From Delftia acidovorans NBRC 14950 (GTDB lineage Bacteria > Pseudomonadota > Gammaproteobacteria > Burkholderiales > Burkholderiaceae_C), in NCBI RefSeq assembly GCF_001598795.1, contig NZ_BCZP01000037.1:10133-42132 (forward strand): a DNA stretch of 32,000 nucleotides. Direction: 5' to 3'. Position 1 is the stretch's first letter; every line of letters starts with the position of its first letter. The notes under the pieces are model-generated. The model had not been told where the DNA came from, searched no databases, and saw nothing but the letters and a program-made list of their open reading frames with translations. Position numbers and translations under genes: made by a program. Shown piece after piece: positions 1 to 11,681 of the stretch.

Positions 1-742
1 CCAGCAGCGCCGCCGCCACACTGGGCACCATGCGCTGGCCCTGCGCAAGGCCACTGACCTGCCCGAGCGAGCCCTTGCGCGACCAGCCCGCCAGCAGCGG
101 GAAGTCTAGGCCCAGCAATTCCTGCTGGCGCGCAAGCAGCGAAAAATTCTGTGCCACGCTTTTGCCGAAGCCGATGCCGTAGTCCCAGACAATGCGCTCG
201 CGCGCCACGCCCCGAGCCAGCAGGGCATCGGTGTGCAACTGCAGGAAATCGCGCACGGCGGGCACGGCATCGCCTTGCATGGGCATGGTCTGCATGTCCT
301 GCGGCGTGCCATGCATGTGCATGAGACAGATGCCGCAGCGCGGGTGCGCGGCCACCACCTGCTGCGCGCCCGGCTGGCGCAGCGCCCAGATGTCGTTGAC
401 GATGTCGGCCCCCAGATCCAGCACGGCCTGCATGACCTCGGGCTTGTAGGTATCGACGGAGACAGGCACGCCCAGTTCCACCGCGCCCTGCACCACGGGC
501 AGCACGCGCCGCAATTCCTCGTCCAGCGGAACAGCCGGTGAGCCGGGCCTGGTGGACTCGCCACCGATATCGAGGATGTGCGCGCCCTCACTGACCAGTT
601 GCTCTGCATGTCGCAAGGCCTGCTCCACCGTGTTGTGCCGCCCGCCGTCGGAAAACGAGTCGGGCGTCACATTGACGATGCCCATGACCAGTGGACGCTG
701 AAGGTCTAGAACAAAGCGCGAAGTCTGCCATTGATGCGGCAT
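1..742 (-). CDS. folP: dihydropteroate synthase; the 3' end runs off the window start
   Basis: Absent from the ORF track because there is no stop codon in the window. My minus-strand translation from the ATG at 742-740 gives MPHQWQTSRFVLDLQRPLVMGIVNVTPDSFSDGGRHNTVEQALRHAEQLVSEGAHILDIGGESTRPGS...VDTYKPEVM...DIVNDIW. This contains the canonical pterin-binding motifs GIVNVTPDSFSDGG and DIGGESTRPG. The gene lies directly downstream of ftsH, as in E. coli. Confidence 0.9.
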   Translation of the reverse strand, partial: MPHQWQTSRFVLDLQRPLVMGIVNVTPDSFSDGGRHNTVEQALRHAEQLVSEGAHILDIGGESTRPGSPAVPLDEELRRVLPVVQGAVELGVPVSVDTYKPEVMQAVLDLGADIVNDIWALRQPGAQQVVAAHPRCGICLMHMHGTPQDMQTMPMQGDAVPAVRDFLQLHTDALLARGVARERIVWDYGIGFGKSVAQNFSLLARQQELLGLDFPLLAGWSRKGSLGQVSGLAQGQRMVPSVAAALL

Positions 743-820
743 GGGGTTTCCTGAAGGTAGGCGCTTGCCGGACGGGGCCCCTCGCTCGGCCACCGCTGTG
801 GGCGATTGAACACATCCTGC

Positions 821-852
821 AAGCAAAGCAAAAGGGCCCCTCGGGGCCCTTT
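821..852 (-). terminator. rho-independent terminator downstream of ftsH
   Basis: Plus strand AAAGGGCCCC tc GGGGCCCTTT at 831-852. On the minus strand the GC stem is followed by TTTTGCTTTGCTT. It lies 32 nt after the ftsH stop codon. Confidence 0.75.
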
Positions 853-884
853 GCATGGGATTGGCAGATTCTGCGGCAAGCAGA

Positions 885-2807
885 TCAGGCCGTGGTGGGC
901 GCAGGGTCGGCATCCACTGCCGGCGTGCCGCCGGACGAGTTGCCACCGTCGGAAGACGGCGGGTTGCGCGGCACCCAGTCCTTGGGAGGACGCGGCTCGC
1001 GGCCGGCCATGATGTCATCGAGTTGCTCGGCGTCGATGGTTTCCCAGTCGAGCATGGCCTTGGCCATGGCGTGCATCTTGTCGGAGTTGTCCTCGATCAG
1101 CTTGCGCGCCAGTCCGTACTGCTCGTCGATGATGCGGCGAACCTCCTGGTCCACCTTCTGCATCGTCTGCTCGCTCATGCTGTTGGTCTTGCTCATCGAG
1201 CGGCCCAGGAAAGGCTCGCCTTCCTGCTCCGCATAGACCATGGGACCCAGCGCGTCGGTCATGCCGTAGCGCGTGACCATGTCGCGTGCGATCTGCGTGG
1301 CCCGCTCGAAGTCATTGCTCGCGCCCGTGGTCATCTGGTTCATGAACACTTCTTCGGCAATGCGTCCACCGAACAGCATGGCGATCTGGTTGAGCATGAA
1401 CTCCTTGTCGTAGGAGTAGCGGTCCTTCTCGGGCAGGCTCATCGTTACGCCCAGCGCACGGCCGCGGGGGATGATGGTGACCTTGTGCACGGGATCGCAC
1501 TTGGGCAGCAGCTTGCCGATCAGCGCGTGGCCCGCCTCGTGGTAGGCCGTGTTGCGGCGCTCTTCCTCGGGCATGACCATGCTCTTGCGCTCGGGGCCCA
1601 TGATGATCTTGTCCTTGGCCTTCTCGAAATCCTGCATCTCGACGGTACGCGCATTGCGGCGCGCGGCCATCAGGGCTGCTTCGTTGCAGAGGTTGGCCAG
1701 ATCGGCGCCCGACATGCCGGGCGTGCCGCGGGCGATCACGCCCGGATTCACGTCCTGGCCGACAGGGATCTTGCGCATATGCACATTGAGGATCTGCTCG
1801 CGGCCGCGGATATCGGGCAGCGTCACATACACCTGGCGGTCGAAACGGCCGGGACGCAGCAGGGCGGCATCCAGGATGTCGGGACGGTTGGTCGCAGCCA
1901 CGACGATCACGCCGAGGTTGGTCTCGAAGCCGTCCATCTCGACCAGCATCTGGTTCAGGGTCTGTTCACGCTCATCGTTGCCACCGCCCAGGCCTGCGCC
2001 GCGCTGGCGGCCCACGGCGTCGATTTCATCGATGAAGATGATGCAGGGTGCGTTCTTCTTGGCGTTCTCGAACATGTCGCGCACACGGGCCGCGCCCACG
2101 CCGACGAACATTTCCACGAAGTCGGAACCCGAGATGCTGAAGAACGGAACCTTGGCTTCACCAGCGATGGACTTGGCCAGCAGCGTCTTGCCGGTACCCG
2201 GAGGCCCGACCAGCAGCAGGCCACGCGGAATGCGGCCGCCGAGCTTCTGGAACTTGTTGGGGTCCTTGAGGAAGTCCACGACTTCCTTGACCTCTTCCTT
2301 GGCTTCGTCGCAGCCTGCAACGTCGGCAAAGGTCACGGTGTTGTTGTTCTCGTCCAGCATGCGCGCCTTGCTCTTGCCGAAGCTGAAAGCACCGCCCTTG
2401 CCGCCGCCCTGCATCTGGCGCATGAAGTACACCCACACGCCGATCAACAGCAGCATGGGGCCCCAGCTGACGAGCAGGGTCATCAGGACCGAGCCTTCTT
2501 CGCGGGGCTTGACGTCGAACTTGACGTTGTTGTTGATCAGGTCACCCACGAGCCCGCGATCCAGATAGGTGGCTGTGGTGCGCACCTTGCGGTCATCGTT
2601 GGTCGTGGCCACGATCTCGGTGCCGCCGGGGCTTTCCTGGATGGTGGCGCTCTTGATGCGGTTGCTGCGCACCTCTTCCAGGAACTCGGAGTAACCGACA
2701 TGGGACGCGCCGGCGCCGCCACGGGTGTCAAATTGTTTGAACACCGTAAACAGCACCATGGCGATGACCAGCCAGACGGCAATTTTTGAAAACCACTGAT
2801 TGTTCAA
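885..2807 (-). CDS. ftsH: ATP-dependent zinc metalloprotease FtsH
   Basis: ORF 885..2873 carries Walker A GPPGTGKT, Walker B IIFIDEID, the zinc site HEAGHAL and two N-terminal TM segments. The longest ORF starts at ATG 2873. However, the TTG at 2807-2805 is preceded by GGAG (ggagccccgcTTG) and yields the usual (M)[15 protein letters not shown]-terminus, so I place the start at 2807. Confidence 0.95.
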   Translation of the reverse strand: MNNQWFSKIAVWLVIAMVLFTVFKQFDTRGGAGASHVGYSEFLEEVRSNRIKSATIQESPGGTEIVATTNDDRKVRTTATYLDRGLVGDLINNNVKFDVKPREEGSVLMTLLVSWGPMLLLIGVWVYFMRQMQGGGKGGAFSFGKSKARMLDENNNTVTFADVAGCDEAKEEVKEVVDFLKDPNKFQKLGGRIPRGLLLVGPPGTGKTLLAKSIAGEAKVPFFSISGSDFVEMFVGVGAARVRDMFENAKKNAPCIIFIDEIDAVGRQRGAGLGGGNDEREQTLNQMLVEMDGFETNLGVIVVAATNRPDILDAALLRPGRFDRQVYVTLPDIRGREQILNVHMRKIPVGQDVNPGVIARGTPGMSGADLANLCNEAALMAARRNARTVEMQDFEKAKDKIIMGPERKSMVMPEEERRNTAYHEAGHALIGKLLPKCDPVHKVTIIPRGRALGVTMSLPEKDRYSYDKEFMLNQIAMLFGGRIAEEVFMNQMTTGASNDFERATQIARDMVTRYGMTDALGPMVYAEQEGEPFLGRSMSKTNSMSEQTMQKVDQEVRRIIDEQYGLARKLIEDNSDKMHAMAKAMLDWETIDAEQLDDIMAGREPRPPKDWVPRNPPSSDGGNSSGGTPAVDADPAPTTA

Positions 2808-2977
2808 GCGGGGCTCCAATGGGGATACAGATAAAACGACTTCCAGCGTGCTCGAAGCGTATTTGCGGTCCATTTTAGGTGTTTCAAGCTGGCTGGTCGC
2901 CTATATCCCTCTATAGCAGCCATAGCTTGAATGCGGTCTTGACCCGCGTCAGGGCCGCGCCGGGCGGCTGCGCAGAG

Positions 2978-3631
2978 CTACTTGAGCCCCATGCCCACCA
3001 GAAACGTCTCCGAAGACTTGTCGCGCGAGGACTTGGGCTTGATCGGCTTGACCACCTTGAAGGTCTGCCGGAACAGCGCCACCAGGTCGTCGTAGGCCCC
3101 GCCGTGGAAGAGCTTCACGACCAAGGCCCCTTCAGGTTTCATATGGTGGATGGAGAAATCAACCGCCAGCTCCACCAGCAGCGCAATGCGCGCCGCGTCC
3201 GTCGTCCCGTTGCCCGACAGGTTGGGAGCCATGTCGGAGACCACCACATCGGCCTTGCCACCGCCCAGCGCCTCCTGAAGCTGCGCCAGCACCGGCTCCT
3301 CGCGAAAATCGCCCAGAATGAACTGCACGCCTTCGATGGGCTCCATGGGCAGCAGATCCAGCGAGATGATCCGGCCATTGAGCGCGCCCACCGCCGCGCC
3401 TTCTGGCGACAGGCAGCGGCGCACATACTGGCTCCACGCCCCTGGCGTAGAGCCCAGATCCACCACCGTGGCACCCGGCCGGATGAGCTTGAGCTGCTCG
3501 TCGATCTCCTTGAGTTTGTAGGCCGCGCGAGCGCGGTAGCCGTCCTTCTGGGCGGCTTTGACGTAAGGATCGTTGACGTGGCTGTTGAGCCAAGCCTTGT
3601 TGACCTTCTTGCTTTTTGTGTTGACTTTCAT
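2978..3631 (-). CDS. rlmE: 23S rRNA (uridine2552-2'-O)-methyltransferase RlmE/FtsJ
   Basis: ORF 2978..3664. From the internal ATG at 3631 the protein is [45 protein letters not shown]..., which is collinear with the E. coli RlmE N-terminus. SAM motif [14 protein letters not shown] and the segment [13 protein letters not shown] are present. It is upstream of ftsH, as in E. coli. Confidence 0.92.
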   Translation of the reverse strand: MKVNTKSKKVNKAWLNSHVNDPYVKAAQKDGYRARAAYKLKEIDEQLKLIRPGATVVDLGSTPGAWSQYVRRCLSPEGAAVGALNGRIISLDLLPMEPIEGVQFILGDFREEPVLAQLQEALGGGKADVVVSDMAPNLSGNGTTDAARIALLVELAVDFSIHHMKPEGALVVKLFHGGAYDDLVALFRQTFKVVKPIKPKSSRDKSSETFLVGMGLK

Positions 3632-3650
3632 GCTGGATTCTTTCAGCCTC

Positions 3651-3657
3651 GATAATA
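3651..3657. promoter_or_regulatory. AT-rich hexamer that reads as a -10 box on both strands, in the rlmE/yhbY divergent spacer
   Basis: GATAAT on the plus strand at 3651-3656; TATTAT on the minus strand as the complement of 3652-3657. On the plus strand TTCATG (3627-3632) lies 18 nt upstream. The yhbY ATG (3663) is exactly 7 nt after the hexamer. Motif reading only. Confidence 0.3.
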
Positions 3658-3662
3658 CGGCC

Positions 3663-4136
3663 ATGCCCCAAATTCAATTGACTCCCGCCGAGCGCCGGGA
3701 ACACCGCGCCAACGCACACCACCTGGACCCCGTGGTCCTCATCGGAGGTGACGGCCTGACGGCTGCCGTGCAAAAGGAGGTCAACGCCGGCCTTAACGCA
3801 CATGGCCTGATCAAGGTCCGTGTCTTCAACGACGACCGCGCCGCACGCGAGCAGATGTATCTGCAGCTGTGCGACGAACTTGGCGCTGCACCCATTCAAC
3901 ATATCGGCAAGCTGCTGGTGCTCTGGCGCCCCATGCCGGAAAAGGAAAAAGCCATCGACGAGAACCGCATGCCCGGTCCTCGCGATGTCAAGCTGCTCAA
4001 GTTCAGCAAGCGCTCCGGCCAAAAGCCCGAGGTCAAGCAGATCCGCGTGCTGGGCAACCAGCGCCTGACGGCAGGTGGCCAGGTCAAGCGCGCCAAGCCC
4101 AAGCAAAAGTCGGTCAAGAAGCGCCAGGCAGACTGA
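3663..4136 (+). CDS. yhbY: ribosome assembly RNA-binding protein YhbY (CRM domain) with a basic C-terminal extension
   Basis: ORF 3573..4136. The internal start at 3663 gives [54 protein letters not shown]...[10 protein letters not shown], collinear with E. coli YhbY. It is divergent from rlmE, as in E. coli. The first 30 codons of the longest ORF overlap rlmE and look non-coding. Confidence 0.88.
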   Translation: MPQIQLTPAERREHRANAHHLDPVVLIGGDGLTAAVQKEVNAGLNAHGLIKVRVFNDDRAAREQMYLQLCDELGAAPIQHIGKLLVLWRPMPEKEKAIDENRMPGPRDVKLLKFSKRSGQKPEVKQIRVLGNQRLTAGGQVKRAKPKQKSVKKRQAD

Positions 4137-4149
4137 GTCCGCCGCATCC

Positions 4150-4944
4150 ATGACCGTAGCATCCCATGCCGCCAGCGTGGCCCAGGCCGCGCAACCGCCC
4201 TCCGCCTCCCCCTCTGCGCAGCAGCGCTTCGTGATCTGCATGAAGTGGGGCAAGAAGTACGGTCCGGAGTATGTCAACAGGCTCTACGCCATGGTGCGTC
4301 GGCATCTGAAGGGCGATTTTCGCCTTGTCTGCCTGACCGATGACGGCGTGGGGATTCGTGACGAAGTCGAATGCCTGCCCATTCCGCCGCTGAACCTGCC
4401 CGCCGGCATTCCCGAGCGCGGCTGGAACAAGCTGGCCACCTTCAGTGCCGACCTGCATGGCCTGCGCGGCACGGCGCTGTTTCTTGACGTGGACGTGGTC
4501 ATCACCGGGCCGCTGGACGATTTTTTCACCGAGCCCGGCGAATTCCTGATCATCCACGACTACAAGCGTCCCTGGCGCATCACTGGCAATTCCTCGGTGT
4601 ACCGCTTCGAGCTGGGTGCCCACCCCGAGGTACTGGACTACTTCCGCACGCATTTCGAAGAGATCCGCAGCAGCTTCCGCAACGAACAGGCCTACCTGTC
4701 CGACATGCTGCACAAGCAGGGCAAGCTCAAGTACTGGCCGCAGGCTTGGTGCCCCAGCTTCAAGTACCACTGCATTCCCGCATGGCCGACGAACTACTGG
4801 AAGCCGCCCTTCGTGCCGGATGGTGCACGCGTGGTGATCTTCCACGGAGAATGCAATCCGCCCGACGCGTTGGCCGGCCGGCGCAATCGGCGCTTTCGCT
4901 ATATCCGGCCTGCTACCTGGGTGGCCGAGCACTGGCACGAGTGA
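4150..4944 (+). CDS. uncharacterised protein, putative GT-A-fold (GT8-like) glycosyltransferase
   Basis: ORF 4075..4944. The ATG at 4150 is the first start after the yhbY stop. A DxD-like motif LFLDVDVV follows a hydrophobic strand. VVIFHGECNPPD near the C-terminus resembles the GT8 H-x-x-G-x-x-(K/N)-P element. I saw no signal peptide or TM segment. The family assignment comes from motif reading only. Confidence 0.6.
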   Translation: MTVASHAASVAQAAQPPSASPSAQQRFVICMKWGKKYGPEYVNRLYAMVRRHLKGDFRLVCLTDDGVGIRDEVECLPIPPLNLPAGIPERGWNKLATFSADLHGLRGTALFLDVDVVITGPLDDFFTEPGEFLIIHDYKRPWRITGNSSVYRFELGAHPEVLDYFRTHFEEIRSSFRNEQAYLSDMLHKQGKLKYWPQAWCPSFKYHCIPAWPTNYWKPPFVPDGARVVIFHGECNPPDALAGRRNRRFRYIRPATWVAEHWHE

Positions 4945-4960
4945 GCAGCTCGGCCCACAA

Positions 4961-4986
4961 AAAACGCCCGCGCTTGCGGGCGTTTT
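4961..4986. terminator. bidirectional rho-independent terminator between the convergent GT-like and DUF4149 genes
   Basis: AAAACGCCCGC gctt GCGGGCGTTTT. The stem is flanked by an A-tract (cacaaaaaa) on the left and a T-tract (ttttcgttt) on the right, so it is a stem plus U-run on either strand. Confidence 0.85.
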
Positions 4987-5020
4987 CGTTTGGCATGGCG
5001 CCGAACCGGCAGGACCGGGC

Positions 5021-5464
5021 TCAGGCCATGGCCTCGGTTTTCGCCTGAGACGGACTGCCTATGCGCCACAGCACGACGAGCGCGCACAGCCACTGCAGCG
5101 CATACATCACCGTGCCCACGCTGTGCCACAGCTTGAGGTTGTCGCGTGCAACGATGCGCGGCGACACGCCGTACTGGACCAGAAATGCCAGCAGCATGCC
5201 TGCGATCACAAAGCCCAGACAGGCCTTGGCCCAGGGCTGCAGGACCTGCTCCTTGCTGCGCCGGGACAGGACCAGCAGCAGGGCCGCGCAGGCGATGGAC
5301 ACCCAGGTCTGCGCGGCAAACAGCTTGGCTGCCATGAAGCCCGCGACAGCCGGCGTGGGCAATTGGGCGAACAGCATGGGCACGGCCATGAAGCCGATGG
5401 CCGACAGGCTGCCCCACCACAGGGCGGCAGCCAGCAGGGGAATGCGCTCGTACAGGTTGCTCAT
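5021..5464 (-). CDS. DUF4149-family (TMEM205-like) integral membrane protein
   Basis: 147-aa ORF with about four hydrophobic helices (LLAAALWWGSLSAIGFMAVPMLF, TWVSIACAALLLVL, LGFVIAGMLLAFLV, VMYALQWLCALVVLW). SD GAGGAAGG lies upstream of the ATG. It sits 44 nt downstream of greA, so it is probably co-transcribed. Confidence 0.75.
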   Translation of the reverse strand: MSNLYERIPLLAAALWWGSLSAIGFMAVPMLFAQLPTPAVAGFMAAKLFAAQTWVSIACAALLLVLSRRSKEQVLQPWAKACLGFVIAGMLLAFLVQYGVSPRIVARDNLKLWHSVGTVMYALQWLCALVVLWRIGSPSQAKTEAMA

Positions 5465-5508
5465 GGGCTTAGGCCTTCCTCAATGATCGAGGCACAGGCG
5501 CCGACGCA

Positions 5509-5985
5509 TCAGAGGTAGCGCACCGACACCACTTCATAGCGGCGCTCGCCGCCCGGTGCCTGCACGACGGCGGTATCGCCCTCTTCCTTGCCGATCAGCG
5601 CGCGCGCGATGGGGCTGGAGACGTTGATCAGGCCCAGCTTGAGATCGGCCTCGTCCTCGCCGACGATCTGGTACTTGACCGTGTCGCCGCTGTCTTCATC
5701 CTCGAGCTCCACCGTTGCACCGAAGACCACGCGGCCACCGGCATCCACGGAAGAGGGATCGATGATCTGGGCAGCCGACAGCTTGCTCTCGACCTCGGCA
5801 ATGCGGCCTTCGATGAAGCCTTGGCGGTCCTTGGCGGCCTCGTATTCGGCGTTTTCGCTCAGGTCGCCCTGGGCACGTGCCTCGGCGATGGCCTGGATGA
5901 TGGAGGGACGCTCCACGGTTTTCAGGCGGTGCAGTTCGTCCTTGAGCTTCTCGGCTCCGCGCTTGGTGATGGGAATGGTGGCCAT
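5509..5985 (-). CDS. greA: transcription elongation factor GreA
   Basis: ORF 5509..6114. The internal ATG at 5985 is preceded by GGAG 8 nt upstream. It gives the 158-aa protein [55 protein letters not shown]..., which is full-length Gre factor architecture. Confidence 0.95.
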   Translation of the reverse strand: MATIPITKRGAEKLKDELHRLKTVERPSIIQAIAEARAQGDLSENAEYEAAKDRQGFIEGRIAEVESKLSAAQIIDPSSVDAGGRVVFGATVELEDEDSGDTVKYQIVGEDEADLKLGLINVSSPIARALIGKEEGDTAVVQAPGGERRYEVVSVRYL

Positions 5986-6071
5986 TGAAAAGTCTCCATG
6001 TTCAGCGAACGCCGCGCGCTGCGCGGTTTCTTTGGTACAGGCGGGCCGGCGACTTTGCGGCTGGACCTGCA

Positions 6072-6111
6072 CCCCAAAAGCAAACCGCCGCACGTTGCCG
6101 CGCGGCGGTTT
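6072..6111 (-). terminator. rho-independent terminator after carB, inside the greA upstream region
   Basis: AAACCGCCGC (6082-6091) and GCGGCGGTTT (6102-6111) form a 10-bp stem. On the minus strand it is followed by GCTTTTGGGG. Confidence 0.7.
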
Positions 6112-6170
6112 CATCGAATGATTCGTTCCATTATGCCGTGTTTACCCACCCGAAATGGTGGGATAACCCG

Positions 6171-6193
6171 GCGGCACTGTCGGACAGTGCCGC
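6171..6193 (-). other. perfect 9-bp stem-loop in the carB 3' region
   Basis: GCGGCACTG tcgga CAGTGCCGC read directly from the sequence. It has no U-tract. One arm overlaps a second imperfect hairpin, 6192-6227. Confidence 0.5.
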
Positions 6194-6239
6194 TCGCTGC
6201 GCGCCATCAAAAAACAGGCGCAGCGGCAATGGAAGGATC

Positions 6240-9480
<3,241 letters not shown>

Positions 9481-9488
<8 letters not shown>

Positions 9489-10653
9489 TTTTGTGTTTCT
9501 CCATCAGCGCCGTGAAGCGGTCAAACAGGTAGGCGATATCGTGCGGGCCGGGCGAAGCCTCGGGGTGGCCCTGGAAGCAGAACGCAGGCTTGTCCTTGTG
9601 CTCAAGGCCTTGCAGCGTGCCGTCGAACAGGCTGATGTGCGTGGCGCGCAGCGTGTCGGGCAGGGACTCCATCTCCACGGCAAAACCATGGTTCTGGCTG
9701 GTGATGCTGACCCGGCCGTTGTCCAGGTCCTTGACGGGGTGGTTGGCGCCGTGGTGGCTGTTGGCCATCTTGAAGGTCTTGGCGCCGGCGGCCAGGGCCA
9801 TGATCTGGTGACCCAGGCAGATGCCGAAGACGGGCTTGCCGGACTCCACCAGTTCCTTGGTGGCGGCAATGGCGTAGTCGCAGGGCTCCGGGTCGCCAGG
9901 GCCGTTGGACAGGAAAACGCCGTCGGGGTTGAGTGCCAGCACATCCTTGGCAGGCGTCTTGGCCGGCACCACGGTCAGCTTGCAGCCGCGCTCGGCCAGC
10001 ATGCGCAGGATGTTGAACTTCACGCCGAAGTCATAGGCCACCACATGGAAACGCGGGGCCTGCTGCTGGCCGTAGCCTTCGCCCAGCTTCCACTCGGTTT
10101 CCGTCCATTCGTACTGCTGGGCGGCGCTCACCACCTGGGCCAGATCCAGGCCCTTCATGCTGGGAGCCGCCTTGGCCGCAGCCAGTGCCTCGTCGATGCG
10201 CGCCTGGGTCACTTCTTCGCCAGCGGCCAAACCGACGATGGCGCCGTTTTGTGCGCCCTTGTCGCGCAGCAGCCGTGTGAGCTTGCGCGTGTCGATGTTG
10301 GCAATCGCCACCGTGCCGCTGCGCGTGAGGTAGTCGGGCAGGGTCTCGGACTTGCGGAAGTTGCTGGCCAGTAGCGGAAGGTTCTTGATGATCAGGCCCG
10401 CCGCATGGACCTTGCCAGCCTCGACATCCTCTGCGTTGACGCCGTAGTTGCCGATGTGCGGATACGTGAGCGTCACGATCTGCTGGCAGTAGCTGGGGTC
10501 GGTGAGGATTTCCTGGTAGCCGGTGATTGCCGTGTTGAAAACGACTTCACCAACCGTGGTGCCTTGCGCACCGATCGAGTTGCCAACAAAGACCGTGCCG
10601 TCTGCGAGCGCCAGGATGGCGGATGGGAATGCTCCCTTGAGAGACAAAAGCAC
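9481..10653 (-). CDS. carA: carbamoyl-phosphate synthase small (glutamine amidotransferase) subunit
   Basis: 390-aa ORF with ...[43 protein letters not shown]... and the GATase active site [10 protein letters not shown]. The start is GTG, preceded by GGAG (ccggagaacccaGTG). The stop overlaps the carB start by 8 nt (ATGCCTAA). Confidence 0.96.
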
Positions 10654-10784
10654 TGGGTTCTCCGGTTCTAATTACGGTTACGCCCAGCGTGCCGCACGGA
10701 CGGATCCGGGCGGGTTATAGCTTGTCTGCAGGGGGTGGCGAGGAAGCGTCGCTAGGCGTAGTGTGGAATGCTTGAAAGCCGCCC

Positions 10785-10790
10785 ATTATA
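10785..10790 (-). promoter_or_regulatory. candidate -10 box for carAB
   Basis: A perfect TATAAT on the minus strand (plus-strand attata), about 130 nt upstream of the carA GTG. No good -35 hexamer at 16-18 nt. Motif only. Confidence 0.3.
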
Positions 10791-10827
10791 GGCTGGTCGT
10801 GCTTCAGCCTCCTGACAGGAGGCGGGA

Positions 10828-11619
10828 TTACCCTTGACGTGAGCCGGCACTCACGCTGCTTGCGTGCAGGCATATCGCCGCTGCAGCAGCCACATTCAGC
10901 GACTCCTCACCGCCTGGCTGGCCGATGCGCACATGCTGCGCTGCCCGCTGCATCAGCGCCTCGCCAACGCCCTGCCCTTCATGGCCCATGGCCCAGGCAC
11001 AAGGCCAGGGCAGCGCGGCATTGTGGATCAGTTCGCCCTGGTGGGAACTGGTCACGATCAGGGGCAAGCCAAGCGCATCCAGGTCTTCGGGCGAGGCCGA
11101 CTCGATCAGTTGCAGACCGAAATGCGCCCCCATGCCGGCGCGCAGCACCTTCTGGCTCCACAGCGCAGCCGTGCCCTTCAGGGCTACGACCTGGCTGAAA
11201 CCGAAGGCAGCGGCACTGCGCAGGATGGAGCCTACGTTGCCTGCGTCCTGCACGCGATCCAACACCACCGTGGCCACGCCGGCACGGATGACCGCCGATG
11301 CCTGCCAGTCCATCAGAAAACCGATGCGCGCCGGGGACTCCAGGCCGCTGACTTCGGCAAACAGGGCATCCGCCAGCACCACGCACTTGCCCGCGCCCTG
11401 CACCCATTCCAGCGGCACCAGCGGCCAGAAGGATTCGGCCACCACGGCCACGGAGGGCTGCATGCCACGCGCCAGCGCGGCACGGCACAGATGATCCCCC
11501 TCCAGCCAGACGCGCCCTTGCTTGCGGTAGGCCCCACTGTCCTGGACAAGCCTGCGCAAATCCTTGACCAGGACGTTGTCACGGGACTGGATCAATGTGG
11601 CGGCGGGTTGTCGGCTCAT
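10828..11619 (-). CDS. SpoU/TrmH-family RNA 2'-O-methyltransferase
   Basis: ORF 10828..11637, where the first start is a TTG without SD; I prefer the ATG at 11619. SpoU motifs are present: NVGSILRSAAAFG, AWAMGHEGQGV and ESLNVAAAAAICL. Confidence 0.88.
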   Translation of the reverse strand: MSRQPAATLIQSRDNVLVKDLRRLVQDSGAYRKQGRVWLEGDHLCRAALARGMQPSVAVVAESFWPLVPLEWVQGAGKCVVLADALFAEVSGLESPARIGFLMDWQASAVIRAGVATVVLDRVQDAGNVGSILRSAAAFGFSQVVALKGTAALWSQKVLRAGMGAHFGLQLIESASPEDLDALGLPLIVTSSHQGELIHNAALPWPCAWAMGHEGQGVGEALMQRAAQHVRIGQPGGEESLNVAAAAAICLHASSVSAGSRQG

Positions 11620-11681
11620 GGTGAAGCTTTCGGGCAAAGGGAACAGCGCGCCACGGGCGCAGAAAGAAACGGCAAAGGCGC

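Noticed and set aside
106-609. 167-aa minus-strand ORF at the left edge.
   Set aside because: It is an out-of-frame shadow of folP. The correct minus-strand frame (start at 742, running off the window) gives a clean dihydropteroate synthase sequence, while this ORF is Cys/Arg/Trp-rich nonsense.
4933-4946. Sigma-54-like TGGCAC...GC element near the end of the GT-like ORF.
   Set aside because: The GG-to-GC spacing is one nt short of the -24/-12 consensus, the -12 TTGC is missing, and no downstream plus-strand gene exists before the terminator.
6009-6036. CCGCGC gct GCGCGG stem followed by TTTCTTTGG on the plus strand, which looks like a plus-strand terminator.
   Set aside because: No plus-strand gene is upstream of it. 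On the relevant minus strand it has no U-run, so it is treated only as part of the greA leader structure.
10806-10822. GCCTCC tgaca GGAGGC hairpin immediately downstream of the SpoU/TrmH gene.
   Set aside because: It is only a 6-bp stem and no U-tract follows on the minus strand, so I do not call it a terminator. It may merely be a stabilising 3' structure or read-through into carAB.
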